Source: Candidatus Latescibacterota bacterium (GTDB taxonomy: Bacteria; Latescibacterota; UBA2968; UBA8231). Taken from it: a DNA stretch of 64,000 nucleotides. The DNA lies in the NCBI GenBank assembly GCA_964291625.2, contig OZ220089.1:4064001-4128000 (forward strand), written 5' to 3'. Positions 9,740 to 19,148 of this stretch are shown in pieces. Under the pieces are notes generated by a model. The model saw only the letters and a list, made by a program, of their open reading frames with translations. It was not told the DNA's origin and did not search any database. Position numbers and translations under genes: made by a program. Within the stretch, counting starts at the first letter, position 1, and each line of letters starts with the position of its first letter.

Positions 9740-11185
9740 ATGGCAACTCTCAGAGGCGTCATTCGAGACAGCGTTTCAGGTGCTTCCGTCGAGGCGAAGG
9801 TCCATGTCCTGACCAGCAGCGGCCACTTCGTCCACCCCTCTGACAGTATCCTGAAGATCGGTCCGGGGGACCCGTTCTTCTACTGTCCGGGGGAGTTCAC
9901 CGTGGACGTGCCCCGTGGCTCAACGGACATCGTGGTGGAGCGCGGCACGGAGTACGAACCCCTTCGGAAGGTCGTTTCCATGCCCGCCAAAGGGGCCGTC
10001 GAAGTCGAGCTGCATCTCAAGCGATGGGCCGATCTGCCGTCCCAGGGGTGGTACCCCGGGAACACACATCTGCACTACAATGAGAGGGAGGCCCGGCCCG
10101 ATGACCGGTTGCGGCTCGATCCAAGAGTCCACGACCTCAGCGTGACCGTCATCAGCCTCCTGCAGCGGGGTGACCTGCCCTACGCCAGCAACAAGTACCC
10201 GCTCGGGTTCATGACCGACTATTCGACCGCACATCACCTGATCGATTGCGGCGAGGAGAACCGCCACAACTCCCAACATGGCGGCGGCTCCGGACATGTC
10301 ATGTTCCTGCGCATCGAGAATCTGGTAGAGCCGGTCAGTCGTGGTGATCTTGTCAGCAACCTCGACCCCGACTACCCGCCGATCTGTTACGCCTGCGACG
10401 ACGCCAGGCGGCAGGGGGGCATCGTGCTGTGGTGTCACAACGGCAGGGGAATGGAGGCGCCGGTGGCGGCAGCCTTGGGGAAGCTGGATGCCTTCAACCT
10501 CTTCGATCCCTCCTGGAAAGATCTCGAATACGACATCTGGTATCGCCTGCTCAACTGCGGCATCCCGCTCCCTGCATCGACCGGGACGGACTGGTTCATC
10601 TGCTCGAACAACCGTGTCTATGTCCAGACCGATGAGGAGTTCACCTACGAAAACTGGTTGAAGGGCCTGCAGGTGGGACGGACCTTCATCACGAACGGAC
10701 CGGCCCTGTTCCTGAATCTCGACGGGCAACCCCCCGGCGGCGCCATCGAATCGCCTCCACGCACGGTGTCGGGACAGATCACCTGGCAATCGCACTACCC
10801 GCTCAACCTCGTCGAGCTGATCTCCAACGGGGAGGTCACCCGGACGGTCCCACTCGACGGGCGGAGACAGGGTGGGGAATGGGCCTTCGACCTCCGGATC
10901 GAGTCCGATGGCTGGGTGGCGGCACGCGCCTTCGGGGAAGCCCGCGACAGCTTCGCGCAGCCGATCTATGCACACACGAGTCCCATCTATATCGGTTCAG
11001 GTCTCCCCGTCGACATCGCCCAGGGTTCAGCAGCGTTCTTCGTCCGCTCGATCGACAGCGCAGCGGAGATCGTGAGCCGGGACTGGCGGTTTGCGGACGG
11101 TACACAGCGGGAGGAAGTCCTGCACCTGTTCAACGAAGGGCGAAGGGTCTACCAGAATCTGGCCGAGGGGCGTTCTCTGTCTTAG
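9740..11185 (+). CDS. CehA/McbA family PHP-like metallohydrolase
   Basis: GWYPGNTHLH, GEENRH, WCH, PASTGTD, GRTFITNGP, YAHTSPIY; strong RBS AGGAGG. Confidence 0.85.
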   Translation: MATLRGVIRDSVSGASVEAKVHVLTSSGHFVHPSDSILKIGPGDPFFYCPGEFTVDVPRGSTDIVVERGTEYEPLRKVVSMPAKGAVEVELHLKRWADLPSQGWYPGNTHLHYNEREARPDDRLRLDPRVHDLSVTVISLLQRGDLPYASNKYPLGFMTDYSTAHHLIDCGEENRHNSQHGGGSGHVMFLRIENLVEPVSRGDLVSNLDPDYPPICYACDDARRQGGIVLWCHNGRGMEAPVAAALGKLDAFNLFDPSWKDLEYDIWYRLLNCGIPLPASTGTDWFICSNNRVYVQTDEEFTYENWLKGLQVGRTFITNGPALFLNLDGQPPGGAIESPPRTVSGQITWQSHYPLNLVELISNGEVTRTVPLDGRRQGGEWAFDLRIESDGWVAARAFGEARDSFAQPIYAHTSPIYIGSGLPVDIAQGSAAFFVRSIDSAAEIVSRDWRFADGTQREEVLHLFNEGRRVYQNLAEGRSLS

Positions 11186-11260
11186 GCCGGCCCGCTTGCC
11201 GATCCGTCGGCGGCGGACGGCTCGGCGAGCGCCGCGTCTTGCGGCCGATAGTGAGGGCAA

Positions 11261-13459
11261 ATGAAGGAACGCTTCGAGTTCGATCATGGCGACGACCACG
11301 TGCTGCGCTACCGCCGGCTGCGCGTCGAGCGCCAGGAAGTGCTCTTCGGCGACGCCGAGCCGCTGCTCTGCCGGCAGGGAGATGCGCTCGTGCTCGCCGG
11401 CCGCGGCGGGTCCCTGGCCCGCAGCGGCGACGGCGGCGTGACCTGGTCGCAGCTTGCCGACCTGGCAACGCCCGCGGCGCCGGGTGGCGTGGTGCTGGCA
11501 CTGACCGCCGGCCGGGACGGGACGCTCGTCGCCGCCATCGAGCGGAGCGGCGCCGTGAGCGAGGCGAACCTCACCCAGAGTGTTCTGATCGTCAGCGCCG
11601 ACGAGCCCGCCGGGCCGTGGCGGGTGATCGCCACGCTGGACCTGGAACTCTCTGACTCGCCCAGCGCCTGCCTGACCGCCCTGGCCGACGGCGCCCTGCT
11701 GCTGTGCCTGCCGGGACGCATCCTGCGCTCCACCGACGGCGGCGCGGCCTGGGAGCCCGCGGGCGAGCCTCCGGCCGGAGGAGGGACGCTCCACCCGCTG
11801 CAGCTCGCCTCCGGCCGGCTGGTCGCCCCCGTCGGCGGCTCCGCGGGCGAGATCGCCCTGGGCGAGTCCGAGGACGGCGGCGCCACCTGGAACGTGCCGG
11901 ACGGATTCGCGCCGCTGCCGGCACCGCTGGCCGAGCTTCCCGACGGCCGCCTGGTGCTCAGCTACGGCATGCCGCACTTCCCCTACGGCGCGCGCGCGGT
12001 CGTCGGTTCAACCCCCGTCGGCGGCGACGGCACGCACTGGGGGGACGATGTCTACGTGCTCGCCCTCAGCCGCTACGCCATCCGCGAGAAGGCGCGCCCG
12101 GTGCTGGCCGGCGCCGGCGTGAGCGCCGCCACCGTAGTGACCGCGGACGGCGCCATCGTCTCCGCCTTCCACCGCGGCGCCGCCCTGGGCTCGTACGCGC
12201 CCACCATCTACGGCCCCGGCATGGACGAGTGGGGCCGCCGGCCGGCGGTCGGCGTGGTGCGCTGGACCCCGGAAGGCCTGGAGAAACCGCCGCTGGTCTA
12301 CCCCAACCTGTGGAGCGACCAAGTCGACGCCCGCGGCTACCTGGACAACGGCATGGTGCGCATGCGGCCCGACGACCGCTACGAAGGCGGCGACTACGTC
12401 GAGAACTTCGAGATGGTTGCCTATCGGCGCGTGGCGGCCGAGCACCGCTACTTCGCCGGGGCGGGCGCCAAGGGCGTGGTCGTCTGCCGCCATCCCGACG
12501 GCAGCCTGGTCTACTCCAGCCGCGACTGCCGCATCCATCGCTCCACCGACGAGGGACGCACGTGGAGCTTCGTGGCCGGGATCCCGATGTCCGGACGGGA
12601 GCCGTTGGTCTTCGGCTTCGGGGTGACCGGCGCCGGCACCTTCCTGGCGAGCTACGCCGCCCTGATCGATGACGCCGACCGGTCGCGCGGCACGTTCCCC
12701 ACGCGCGAGCCCCGCGTGGCGCGCAGCGACGACGACGGAAGGACGTGGACGGACTCCGAGCTGGCGCCGCGGCCGACGCGCTACTGCGGCCTGGGCGACG
12801 GCAGCCGCATCGTGCAGCTCGCCGACGGCACCGTGATCTGCTTCTGCAGCAACGCCTGGAACGATGCCACGCACCGGGCCGGATACGAAGGGGACGTCCT
12901 GCTGCGCTCGCAGGACGACGGCCGGAGCTGGGGCGACTGGACGGTGCTGCCGCCCGGGAGCTGCGAGTCGAACCTCCTGGAGCTGCCCTCGGGGGAGCTG
13001 CTCTGCGCGACGCGCTTCCAGCGCGAGTCCCTGCACCCGGACCTGTTCGACGCGCCCGCCGATCAGGGAGGCGGTCACGAGACCTGGCCGGCGCCCTCGC
13101 TCAACCGGGTCGGACCGGGGCGCTACAAGAACGAGGCGATCATGCTCTCCGGAAACGGCGGCTACGACTGGACCACCCCGTTCCTGGTGACCCGCATGCA
13201 CATGGTCTCCGCCGATGCCGTGGCCCTGCCGGACGGCCGCGTGGTGCTGACCTACGACCACAAGGACGCCGTCGGCGGCCCCCGGGCGCTGGTCAGCCCC
13301 GACGGCGGACGGACGTGGGACCCGGAGCCCTGGATCCTCGCCTACCACACCATGGACGCGCGCACCAGCTCGGTGCTGCTGCGCGACGGCCGCGTGCTGA
13401 CCCTGTGGGCCGGCGCCCGCGACCAGGGCGTCCACGCCACCACCTGGACGCCGGAGTGA
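11261..13459 (+). CDS. BNR/Asp-box repeat protein (sialidase-like, probably two propellers)
   Basis: Many SxDxGxTW boxes (SGDGGVTW, STDGGAAW, SEDGGATW, STDEGRTW, SDDDGRTW, SQDDGRSW, SPDGGRTW). Confidence 0.88.
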   Translation: MKERFEFDHGDDHVLRYRRLRVERQEVLFGDAEPLLCRQGDALVLAGRGGSLARSGDGGVTWSQLADLATPAAPGGVVLALTAGRDGTLVAAIERSGAVSEANLTQSVLIVSADEPAGPWRVIATLDLELSDSPSACLTALADGALLLCLPGRILRSTDGGAAWEPAGEPPAGGGTLHPLQLASGRLVAPVGGSAGEIALGESEDGGATWNVPDGFAPLPAPLAELPDGRLVLSYGMPHFPYGARAVVGSTPVGGDGTHWGDDVYVLALSRYAIREKARPVLAGAGVSAATVVTADGAIVSAFHRGAALGSYAPTIYGPGMDEWGRRPAVGVVRWTPEGLEKPPLVYPNLWSDQVDARGYLDNGMVRMRPDDRYEGGDYVENFEMVAYRRVAAEHRYFAGAGAKGVVVCRHPDGSLVYSSRDCRIHRSTDEGRTWSFVAGIPMSGREPLVFGFGVTGAGTFLASYAALIDDADRSRGTFPTREPRVARSDDDGRTWTDSELAPRPTRYCGLGDGSRIVQLADGTVICFCSNAWNDATHRAGYEGDVLLRSQDDGRSWGDWTVLPPGSCESNLLELPSGELLCATRFQRESLHPDLFDAPADQGGGHETWPAPSLNRVGPGRYKNEAIMLSGNGGYDWTTPFLVTRMHMVSADAVALPDGRVVLTYDHKDAVGGPRALVSPDGGRTWDPEPWILAYHTMDARTSSVLLRDGRVLTLWAGARDQGVHATTWTPE

Positions 13460-13464
13460 GGGAG

Positions 13465-15081
13465 ATGCCCGCCCCGACGCCCCCCGACACCCGGCCGCCG
13501 CGGGACTGGGAGCTGGTCTACGTCAGCGATCCGTCCAACGTCTGCAACTACGACTTCGACTCGGGCGACTCCCGGCCGCTGGTCACCTCGCACCCGGCTA
13601 GGCCGGAAGAGCTCCGCACCTTCATCGACCGCGTGGCCACCAGCACCGCCGACGTGTTCGTGCAGGAGGTGTACAACGCCGGCTGGACCATGTACTTCCG
13701 CTCCGGGCGTTTCGAGTACGACGCGCGCCCCCAGCACCGGCGGTTCCTGCCGATGATGGACAACGGCATCATGCCCCTGCGGGTGATGCTGGAGCGCTGC
13801 CGGGAGCGCGGCATGCGCTGCCTGGCCGGCTTCCGGGTCAACGACAACCACGGCGCCCCGGACCAGGGCGGCATGTTCCTGCACCGCAACCCGCAGTGGA
13901 AGATCACCGAGGTGCCGCCGGGCGGCGCCTTCCTGCCGGGCAACCGGATGGACTTCACGTTCCCCGAGGTGCGCGACTACCTGTACGCGGTCGTCGCCGA
14001 GGTCGTGTCACGCTTCGACGTGGACGGCGTGCTGCTTACCATGCGCGATGGCCTCTACTTCCCCGCCCCCGGCGGCGATCGGAGCCTCGCCCGCGAGCGC
14101 CAGCCGCTGATGACCGGCCTCATCGAGCGGCTGCGCGCCGTGCTCGACGAGCACGGCGCCGCGCGCGGGCGGCGGCTGGAGTTGGGTGCGCTGGTGCCGG
14201 AGACCCTGGAGGACGGCCGCGCCGTGGGGCTGGACGTGCCCGCGTGGATCGGCGGCGGACTGGTCGACTTCGTCGCTCCCATGGACTCGTCGTTCACCGA
14301 CTTCAACGCCGACTACGAGGAGTTCCGCGCTCTCACCGCGGGGACACCCTGCCGGCTCTACCCGGGCGTGCAGCCGTACTGCTCCTCGCGCGAGAGCTTC
14401 GGTCCGCCGGCGACGGCGGAGAACTACCGCGCCCTGGCGCACGCCCTTCGCCAGCAAGGCGCCGACGGCATGTCGGCCTACAACTTCCAGAAGCACTGGG
14501 GCGGGTTCCGTTGCGGCCGGCGCGGCACCGAGACCGGCTGGCCCGCGGCCTTCCGCCTGCTGCGCGAGGCTCGCAACCCGCAGCGGGTGGCCGACGGCGT
14601 CCGTCACTACACCTACCGCTCGATGTGGGGCGGCTACCACGGCATCAGCCCGTCCGGCACCAACGTGTGCGGCACGATGAAGGACCAGAAGCTGGTCCTG
14701 CCGCGCGAGCCGGGCAGTCCGTCGGCGAGCTACCGGTTCCGGCTGTTCGAGGAGGTGGAGCAAGCCGCCAGCGCCACCCTGTTCCTGCGCGCCGTCGGCC
14801 TGGGATCGGCCGACCGGATCGCTGTTCACCTCAACGGCACCGAGGTTCCGGCCGAGCGGCTCCGCCGCGTGCACCACCGCGAGGGGCGCCCGGAGCAGGC
14901 GGGCCGGCCGCTGCCCCCGCACACCACCGTCGTCATCGACCTGGCCCCCGGCCTGGTGGTGCCCGGCGACAACGATCTCACGCTGACGCTGCTGTTCTCC
15001 GGGACGGTGGACGTCGGCGCGGTGCCGGACCCGGAGCCGATCGTCGTCGACGAGGTGGACGTGACGGTGGTGCCGGGCTGA
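13465..15081 (+). CDS. Glycosyl hydrolase-like 10 (GHL10) family protein
   Basis: GFRVNDNH, MDFTFPEVRDY, FDVDGV, LDVPAWIGGGLVDF, GADGMSAYNF; ATG 13465 after GAGGGAG. Confidence 0.78.
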   Translation: MPAPTPPDTRPPRDWELVYVSDPSNVCNYDFDSGDSRPLVTSHPARPEELRTFIDRVATSTADVFVQEVYNAGWTMYFRSGRFEYDARPQHRRFLPMMDNGIMPLRVMLERCRERGMRCLAGFRVNDNHGAPDQGGMFLHRNPQWKITEVPPGGAFLPGNRMDFTFPEVRDYLYAVVAEVVSRFDVDGVLLTMRDGLYFPAPGGDRSLARERQPLMTGLIERLRAVLDEHGAARGRRLELGALVPETLEDGRAVGLDVPAWIGGGLVDFVAPMDSSFTDFNADYEEFRALTAGTPCRLYPGVQPYCSSRESFGPPATAENYRALAHALRQQGADGMSAYNFQKHWGGFRCGRRGTETGWPAAFRLLREARNPQRVADGVRHYTYRSMWGGYHGISPSGTNVCGTMKDQKLVLPREPGSPSASYRFRLFEEVEQAASATLFLRAVGLGSADRIAVHLNGTEVPAERLRRVHHREGRPEQAGRPLPPHTTVVIDLAPGLVVPGDNDLTLTLLFSGTVDVGAVPDPEPIVVDEVDVTVVPG

Positions 15082-15124
15082 GGGGGTCGTCATCTCGAGC
15101 TGTCTTGCCCAACTCAGCACAATG

Positions 15125-15500
15125 GCCGCCCCTACCAGAATCGTGCGGTCGAGGCTGCGCATGGTATCGAGGAGTTGATCGGACTTGCCCACGCGATGCG
15201 GGAGCGGAACTCACGCGGAGGATGCTCAAGCTATCGGCCCGGCAAAGTTGCGTTCTTCGATACCCTCAGTGTCAAGGACAGCGCGGTGCAGGTTCCCGGC
15301 GGCGATACGCTGGGCGCCGCGACCTTGACTGGACGGTGCGGGGCAGCGTTACCATCGACAGGACCTTACGAGAGAACGTCCACGCCAAGCCCCACGCCCT
15401 CGTGGATCGCGTCACATGGAGGTACGGGTGCCCGCGAGGCAAGAAGGCATCGGCGATCCGGACGGTGCTGGAGCAAGCCGAGGTTCTGTCCCACCGGGTG
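15125..15500 (+). pseudogene. hsdR: Frameshifted remnant of type I restriction subunit HsdR C-terminus (DUF3387)
   Basis: Frame A YQNRAVEAAHGIEELIGLAHAMRE...AFFDTLSVKDSAVQV; frame B VRGSVTIDRTLRENV...RYGCP...RTVLEQAEVLS. Both match the HsdR C-terminal consensus as recalled. Confidence 0.8.
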
Positions 15501-15515
15501 GGCGAGGAGATGGTC

Positions 15516-16973
15516 TTGACCACGACGCTTGAAGGTTTCGACCGCAAGGGGTGGATCATCCGGTTCGGCCAGGCTCTCGAGGACGCGGCCGCCACAGCTC
15601 GGCCGCATGGGGTCCCCTTCCGCATGTACGGGCAAATCCGGAGAGAAGAGAACCGCCGATACCGCGAGATGGCTGAGCTGGCCAGGACCGATCCGTACGC
15701 CGCCAAGCTGTTCGACGAGTCCCACCTCTGGCTCGACGCCCTGCCCGACGGCGTGCAGGACCTGCTGTTGGAGCACCCCGTGATGGAGCACGCGTGGTCC
15801 CGCGGATCGAGGGAGGGGTTCCATTTTGTGCACCTGCTTGGAAGCGGCCACGCCGGTGTCAGTTCCCTGATTGCCGACCTCGCCAAGCTGTCGGTCAAGG
15901 TAGGCGGCAAACGCGCGGCGACCATGCTGCACAGGTTTCTCGTCGCCGGAGAGGCCGTGCGACTGCACGCCCACGAGATCACGGTGTTCCACGGCTTGAA
16001 GCTCGAGGAGCCGATCCGGCTGGGACGAGGCGCCTATCTGGCCTCCTACGACGCCGTCCGGAAGCGTTTCGGACTGGACGAGGATCCGGAACCCTGGCTG
16101 AGACGGAGCGACGAGGGCCTGGATTCTCACCCAGGAAGACTGGCTCGCACGTCGTCGCGCGCCGTGCTCGTTCGACAAGTGAAATGGGGACCCGCTGTGG
16201 CGCCGTGTGACTGTCCCACCAAGTCGGAATGGCCCCTCAGGCTCAGCTACCGGTTCCCCGAAGACCACCGCGTCGAGTCAGTGGCCGACCTCTTCGAAGA
16301 ACGCCGAACCCTGTTGCTGCTGTTGGGCATCGCAGTGCGATCCAAGCTGGTAAGTCACACCGGCATCGATGCCGTGCCCCCTTGGATGACTCAGCTCAAC
16401 CCCAACCTGCGAACCGAATCCCCGGGAGGTGACTGGGGGGTATTCGACGTGTGGCCGGAAGACCAAGCGCCATCCAAGGAGGATCTAGACGCCTTCACGG
16501 CGGCGGCCCTCGGCTGGCTGACCTTCTGCGCCGGGAAGGAAGACCGCAGCACGGAGCTGGCGATCCGGCGCACCGCTGCCTGCTTCGGGATCGCCGGGGG
16601 CAGGTTCGGCGTGGAAGATCGGCTAATCGACGCCGGCATCGCGTTGGAAGCCATGTACGGTCCGTTCGATGGCGGCGACATCAGACGCAAGATCAGCTCG
16701 CGCACCGCCTGGCTGCTGGGCGGGTGCGCCTACGAAGGCCGCGCGATCTCCAAGGACATGAAGTCGTTCTACTCGACCCGCTCCAAGGTTGTCCACGGAA
16801 CGGTCAGCCGGGATCGCCAGAAACGAGAGCGAGAGCTCGCCGGCGCTCTCGAGACGGGACGAGAGCTCGCTCGCAGTACGCTCTTCGGCTTGCTCGCTCG
16901 GGGTCCGGTCCACCACGAGAGCGAATGGGACGCGCTCATGCAGGAGAGTCCGACAGGCGCGAGCGACAAGTAG
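15516..16973 (+). CDS. ApeA-like HEPN domain protein (putative defence RNase)
   Basis: C-terminal DRLIDAGIALEAMYG...SSRTAWLLG...FYSTRSKVVHG (RxxxxH). Start at TTG 15516 (GAGGAG 6 nt upstream) or ATG 15510. Confidence 0.75.
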   Translation: MTTTLEGFDRKGWIIRFGQALEDAAATARPHGVPFRMYGQIRREENRRYREMAELARTDPYAAKLFDESHLWLDALPDGVQDLLLEHPVMEHAWSRGSREGFHFVHLLGSGHAGVSSLIADLAKLSVKVGGKRAATMLHRFLVAGEAVRLHAHEITVFHGLKLEEPIRLGRGAYLASYDAVRKRFGLDEDPEPWLRRSDEGLDSHPGRLARTSSRAVLVRQVKWGPAVAPCDCPTKSEWPLRLSYRFPEDHRVESVADLFEERRTLLLLLGIAVRSKLVSHTGIDAVPPWMTQLNPNLRTESPGGDWGVFDVWPEDQAPSKEDLDAFTAAALGWLTFCAGKEDRSTELAIRRTAACFGIAGGRFGVEDRLIDAGIALEAMYGPFDGGDIRRKISSRTAWLLGGCAYEGRAISKDMKSFYSTRSKVVHGTVSRDRQKRERELAGALETGRELARSTLFGLLARGPVHHESEWDALMQESPTGASDK

Positions 16974-16975
16974 CT

Positions 16976-17487
16976 TCAAAGTCCCTTCATGTATTTCAAC
17001 ATATGCAGCCTGAGCTCCTCCGGCTTCGGAGGTTGTGGAACGTTCAGGTCCTCCGCGAGGAGGGCGCACGCGGCGGCCAAAGCGGCCTCCATATGGAACC
17101 CTCCCGACGTGGTGACGGGCTCGTTTTCCTTCCTAACCTCGAAATGCTCCGGGTGGGGAAAGTGACCAATGCCGATGGTGGCGAACCTACCCTTGTGCCA
17201 TACGATGGTCTCGGCCCTTGATCTCGTGTTGAGCAGGAAAACCGCGCCCCGTTCTCGTAGAACGTTACGACGTCGCCGTAACCGAGGCTTTCGAACCAGA
17301 AGCGGCCGGAGGGAGTGACAGTCCACGGCCCATCGCCGCCGTCTTTCTCGAGCCAACCTTGCTCGACGAGAAAGTCGACGACCTTCGAGACCTCGGGGTC
17401 TGCCTCCACCTCAAGCGGGAGTTCGAGCTTGCCTTTGGGGTTCGAAGCCCCGCGTGCAAGCAGGTCGTACGTCAGTCTAGCATTCAA
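16976..17487 (-). pseudogene. Hypothetical protein with N-terminal winged-helix-like segment, apparently frameshifted near 17245
   Basis: VSKVVDFLVEQGWLEKDGGDGPWTVTPSG in one frame continues plausibly as AVFLLNTRSRAETIVWHKGRF...MKGL* in another. Confidence 0.5.
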
Positions 17488-17519
17488 TTCGAGCCACCGT
17501 CTGCCGTTTGGCGTTGCCG

Positions 17520-17596
17520 CTCCATCTCCGCCCCCGTCAACGCCAGGTCGAAGACCTCGGCGCTGGCCCGGCACTCAGCGCCGGGTGCGGGCGCCG
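17520..17596 (-). repeat. Degenerate copy of the near-3' end of the AKR gene (partner 19319-19394)
   Basis: About 70 of 77 positions identical (6 substitutions, 1 indel) by manual alignment. Confidence 0.9.
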
Positions 17597-17610
17597 CCAA
17601 CGAGCCCCCC

Positions 17611-17748
17611 CGGGGCAATGAGACGGAATTAGACACAATAAGACAGGGATGGCATCGAAGGCATAACCGATTGTTTTTGCGTTGCTTATGTCGATCAAGA
17701 GAACTGGGACCCGAAATGAGCCGGAATAAGACAGAATAAGCCGAAAGC
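17611..17748. repeat. Two arrays of phased 10-bp repeats (consensus about AGMCRGAATA) around an IHF-like site
   Basis: AGACGGAATT/AGACACAATA/AGACAGGGAT at 17621-17650; ACCCGAAATG/AGCCGGAATA/AGACAGAATA/AGCCGAAAGC at 17709-17748; TAACCGATTGTTT at 17664-17676. Confidence 0.7.
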
Positions 17749-17762
17749 CACGGCGCCGAGTA

Positions 17763-19148
17763 CTATCGGCGCTTCCACCGCGCACCCCGGCCATGGCCCT
17801 CACACTTGGCCAAGCCAAGTGTCCGCAAGATCCGCAAGTCGTCGCGTACCTGCCGCTCGGTAGGTGAATTGCCCAGCTGGGGGATGATCTCCCGCAATGC
17901 GTAGCCGATGCGCTCTCCCTCTAGCAGAGACAGAATGTCCCTCTGTCGTTCGGTCACCTCCCGCTCGACATGCCTCGGAACGTACGACTCCGGCCGGAAG
18001 CGCACAGTGACGCATCCGCCGGCGTCCTCGATCTCCGGTGCCGGCAGTCCGGCGTTCGTTGTCAGTTCCCTCATCTTGATCGTTCCCCGTCCCCACTGCT
18101 CGATGATGCCACGCCGGTAGAAGACTTGCGCCACAAGAGGATTCCAGGGCAGGGACTCATGAGGCTCGAACAGCGATTCGGCTGTAAGCCCGAAGTGCAG
18201 GGTTCCCGAGGAGGTCACTTCGAGGCGGTCGTCGTATATCGCCCCGGCCACTGACCCTCCTCCAATCGAGTAGTCCCGGTGACAGATGGCGTTGGCAAGG
18301 GCCTCCCGCAACGCTTCGGGAGGATAGAGCGGATCGTCCACCCGTTCGAACAGGCCTGGCTCGATTCGTCCGGCTATGGGCAGATTCTCCCGGAAGAAGC
18401 GCTCCGCCCTGTTCAGCAACTCGAAGGCGTTGCCGTGAAATTGCCGGTTGTCCAGGAATTCGGTACGGTCCGTACCACGGAATTTCGCCACCCGCAGCAT
18501 GCACTGCGTGTACTCTCTCTCAACGCGGTCCGGCCGCCCGAACAAGACGACCGCTGCCCGCAGCAGGCTGTCTCCACGGATCAGGCCGAACCCGCGCAGC
18601 AGCGCTGCGGGATCACGGGTCCCTGGATCGTCCGAGCGCCCTCGCCGGATCGCCTCCTCGAGGGTACGAACGATCTCGTTACGGTCGAGATCACCGACTC
18701 CCCAACCCGAGGCAGGTTCGTTCTCCCAACGTCGTTCTCCGTGCAGGCGTTCGAGGAGAACCTGGTTGTACTGGTCCCGCGACATGGCCTGGTTGGTGTT
18801 GGCCACCCTGCGCCAAGTCCTCCCGCGGTGACTGTACGGCTGGGTCTGTCCCTTCGAGACGGTAACCACCACGACCTCCTTTCCGTCGCCCACAGGCACG
18901 CGATCGACGGAAGGGGAAGCCGGGGGTTCGATTTCTCGTAGCTCTGCGGCGATCTCTTCAAGCGTGTGATCCCCGACAAACTGACCGACTACCCGGCCAT
19001 CCGGTCGCACGCCGAACAGGACCGTGCCGCCGCGATGGTTCAGCATGGCGCATGTGGTTCGCGCCCCGGTACGCAACTCGCCGGTACTGACCTTCAGCTC
19101 CAGGGTCTCCGACTCGCCGTCGGCAGCCAACGCCTTCGATTTCGTCAA
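17763..19148 (-). CDS. Schlafen/AlbA_2 domain + HATPase_c_4 (RecG C-terminal-like) + wHTH protein
   Basis: GESETLELK, CAMLNHRGGTVLFGV, ALREALANAICHRDY, IYDDRLEVTSSG, IEQWGRG, C-terminal wHTH GHGRGARW. Confidence 0.9.
   Translation of the reverse strand: MTKSKALAADGESETLELKVSTGELRTGARTTCAMLNHRGGTVLFGVRPDGRVVGQFVGDHTLEEIAAELREIEPPASPSVDRVPVGDGKEVVVVTVSKGQTQPYSHRGRTWRRVANTNQAMSRDQYNQVLLERLHGERRWENEPASGWGVGDLDRNEIVRTLEEAIRRGRSDDPGTRDPAALLRGFGLIRGDSLLRAAVVLFGRPDRVEREYTQCMLRVAKFRGTDRTEFLDNRQFHGNAFELLNRAERFFRENLPIAGRIEPGLFERVDDPLYPPEALREALANAICHRDYSIGGGSVAGAIYDDRLEVTSSGTLHFGLTAESLFEPHESLPWNPLVAQVFYRRGIIEQWGRGTIKMRELTTNAGLPAPEIEDAGGCVTVRFRPESYVPRHVEREVTERQRDILSLLEGERIGYALREIIPQLGNSPTERQVRDDLRILRTLGLAKCEGHGRGARWKRR

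Noticed and set aside
13896-15515. N-terminal 540 aa of the 1025-aa ORF 13896-16973
   Set aside because: Overlaps the GHL10 gene out of frame and the hsdR remnant; only the part from about 15516 looks like a real protein.
17611-17748. Possible CRISPR array or iteron origin
   Set aside because: Units are 10 bp and adjacent with no spacers; no cas or rep gene nearby. Kept only as a binding-site array.
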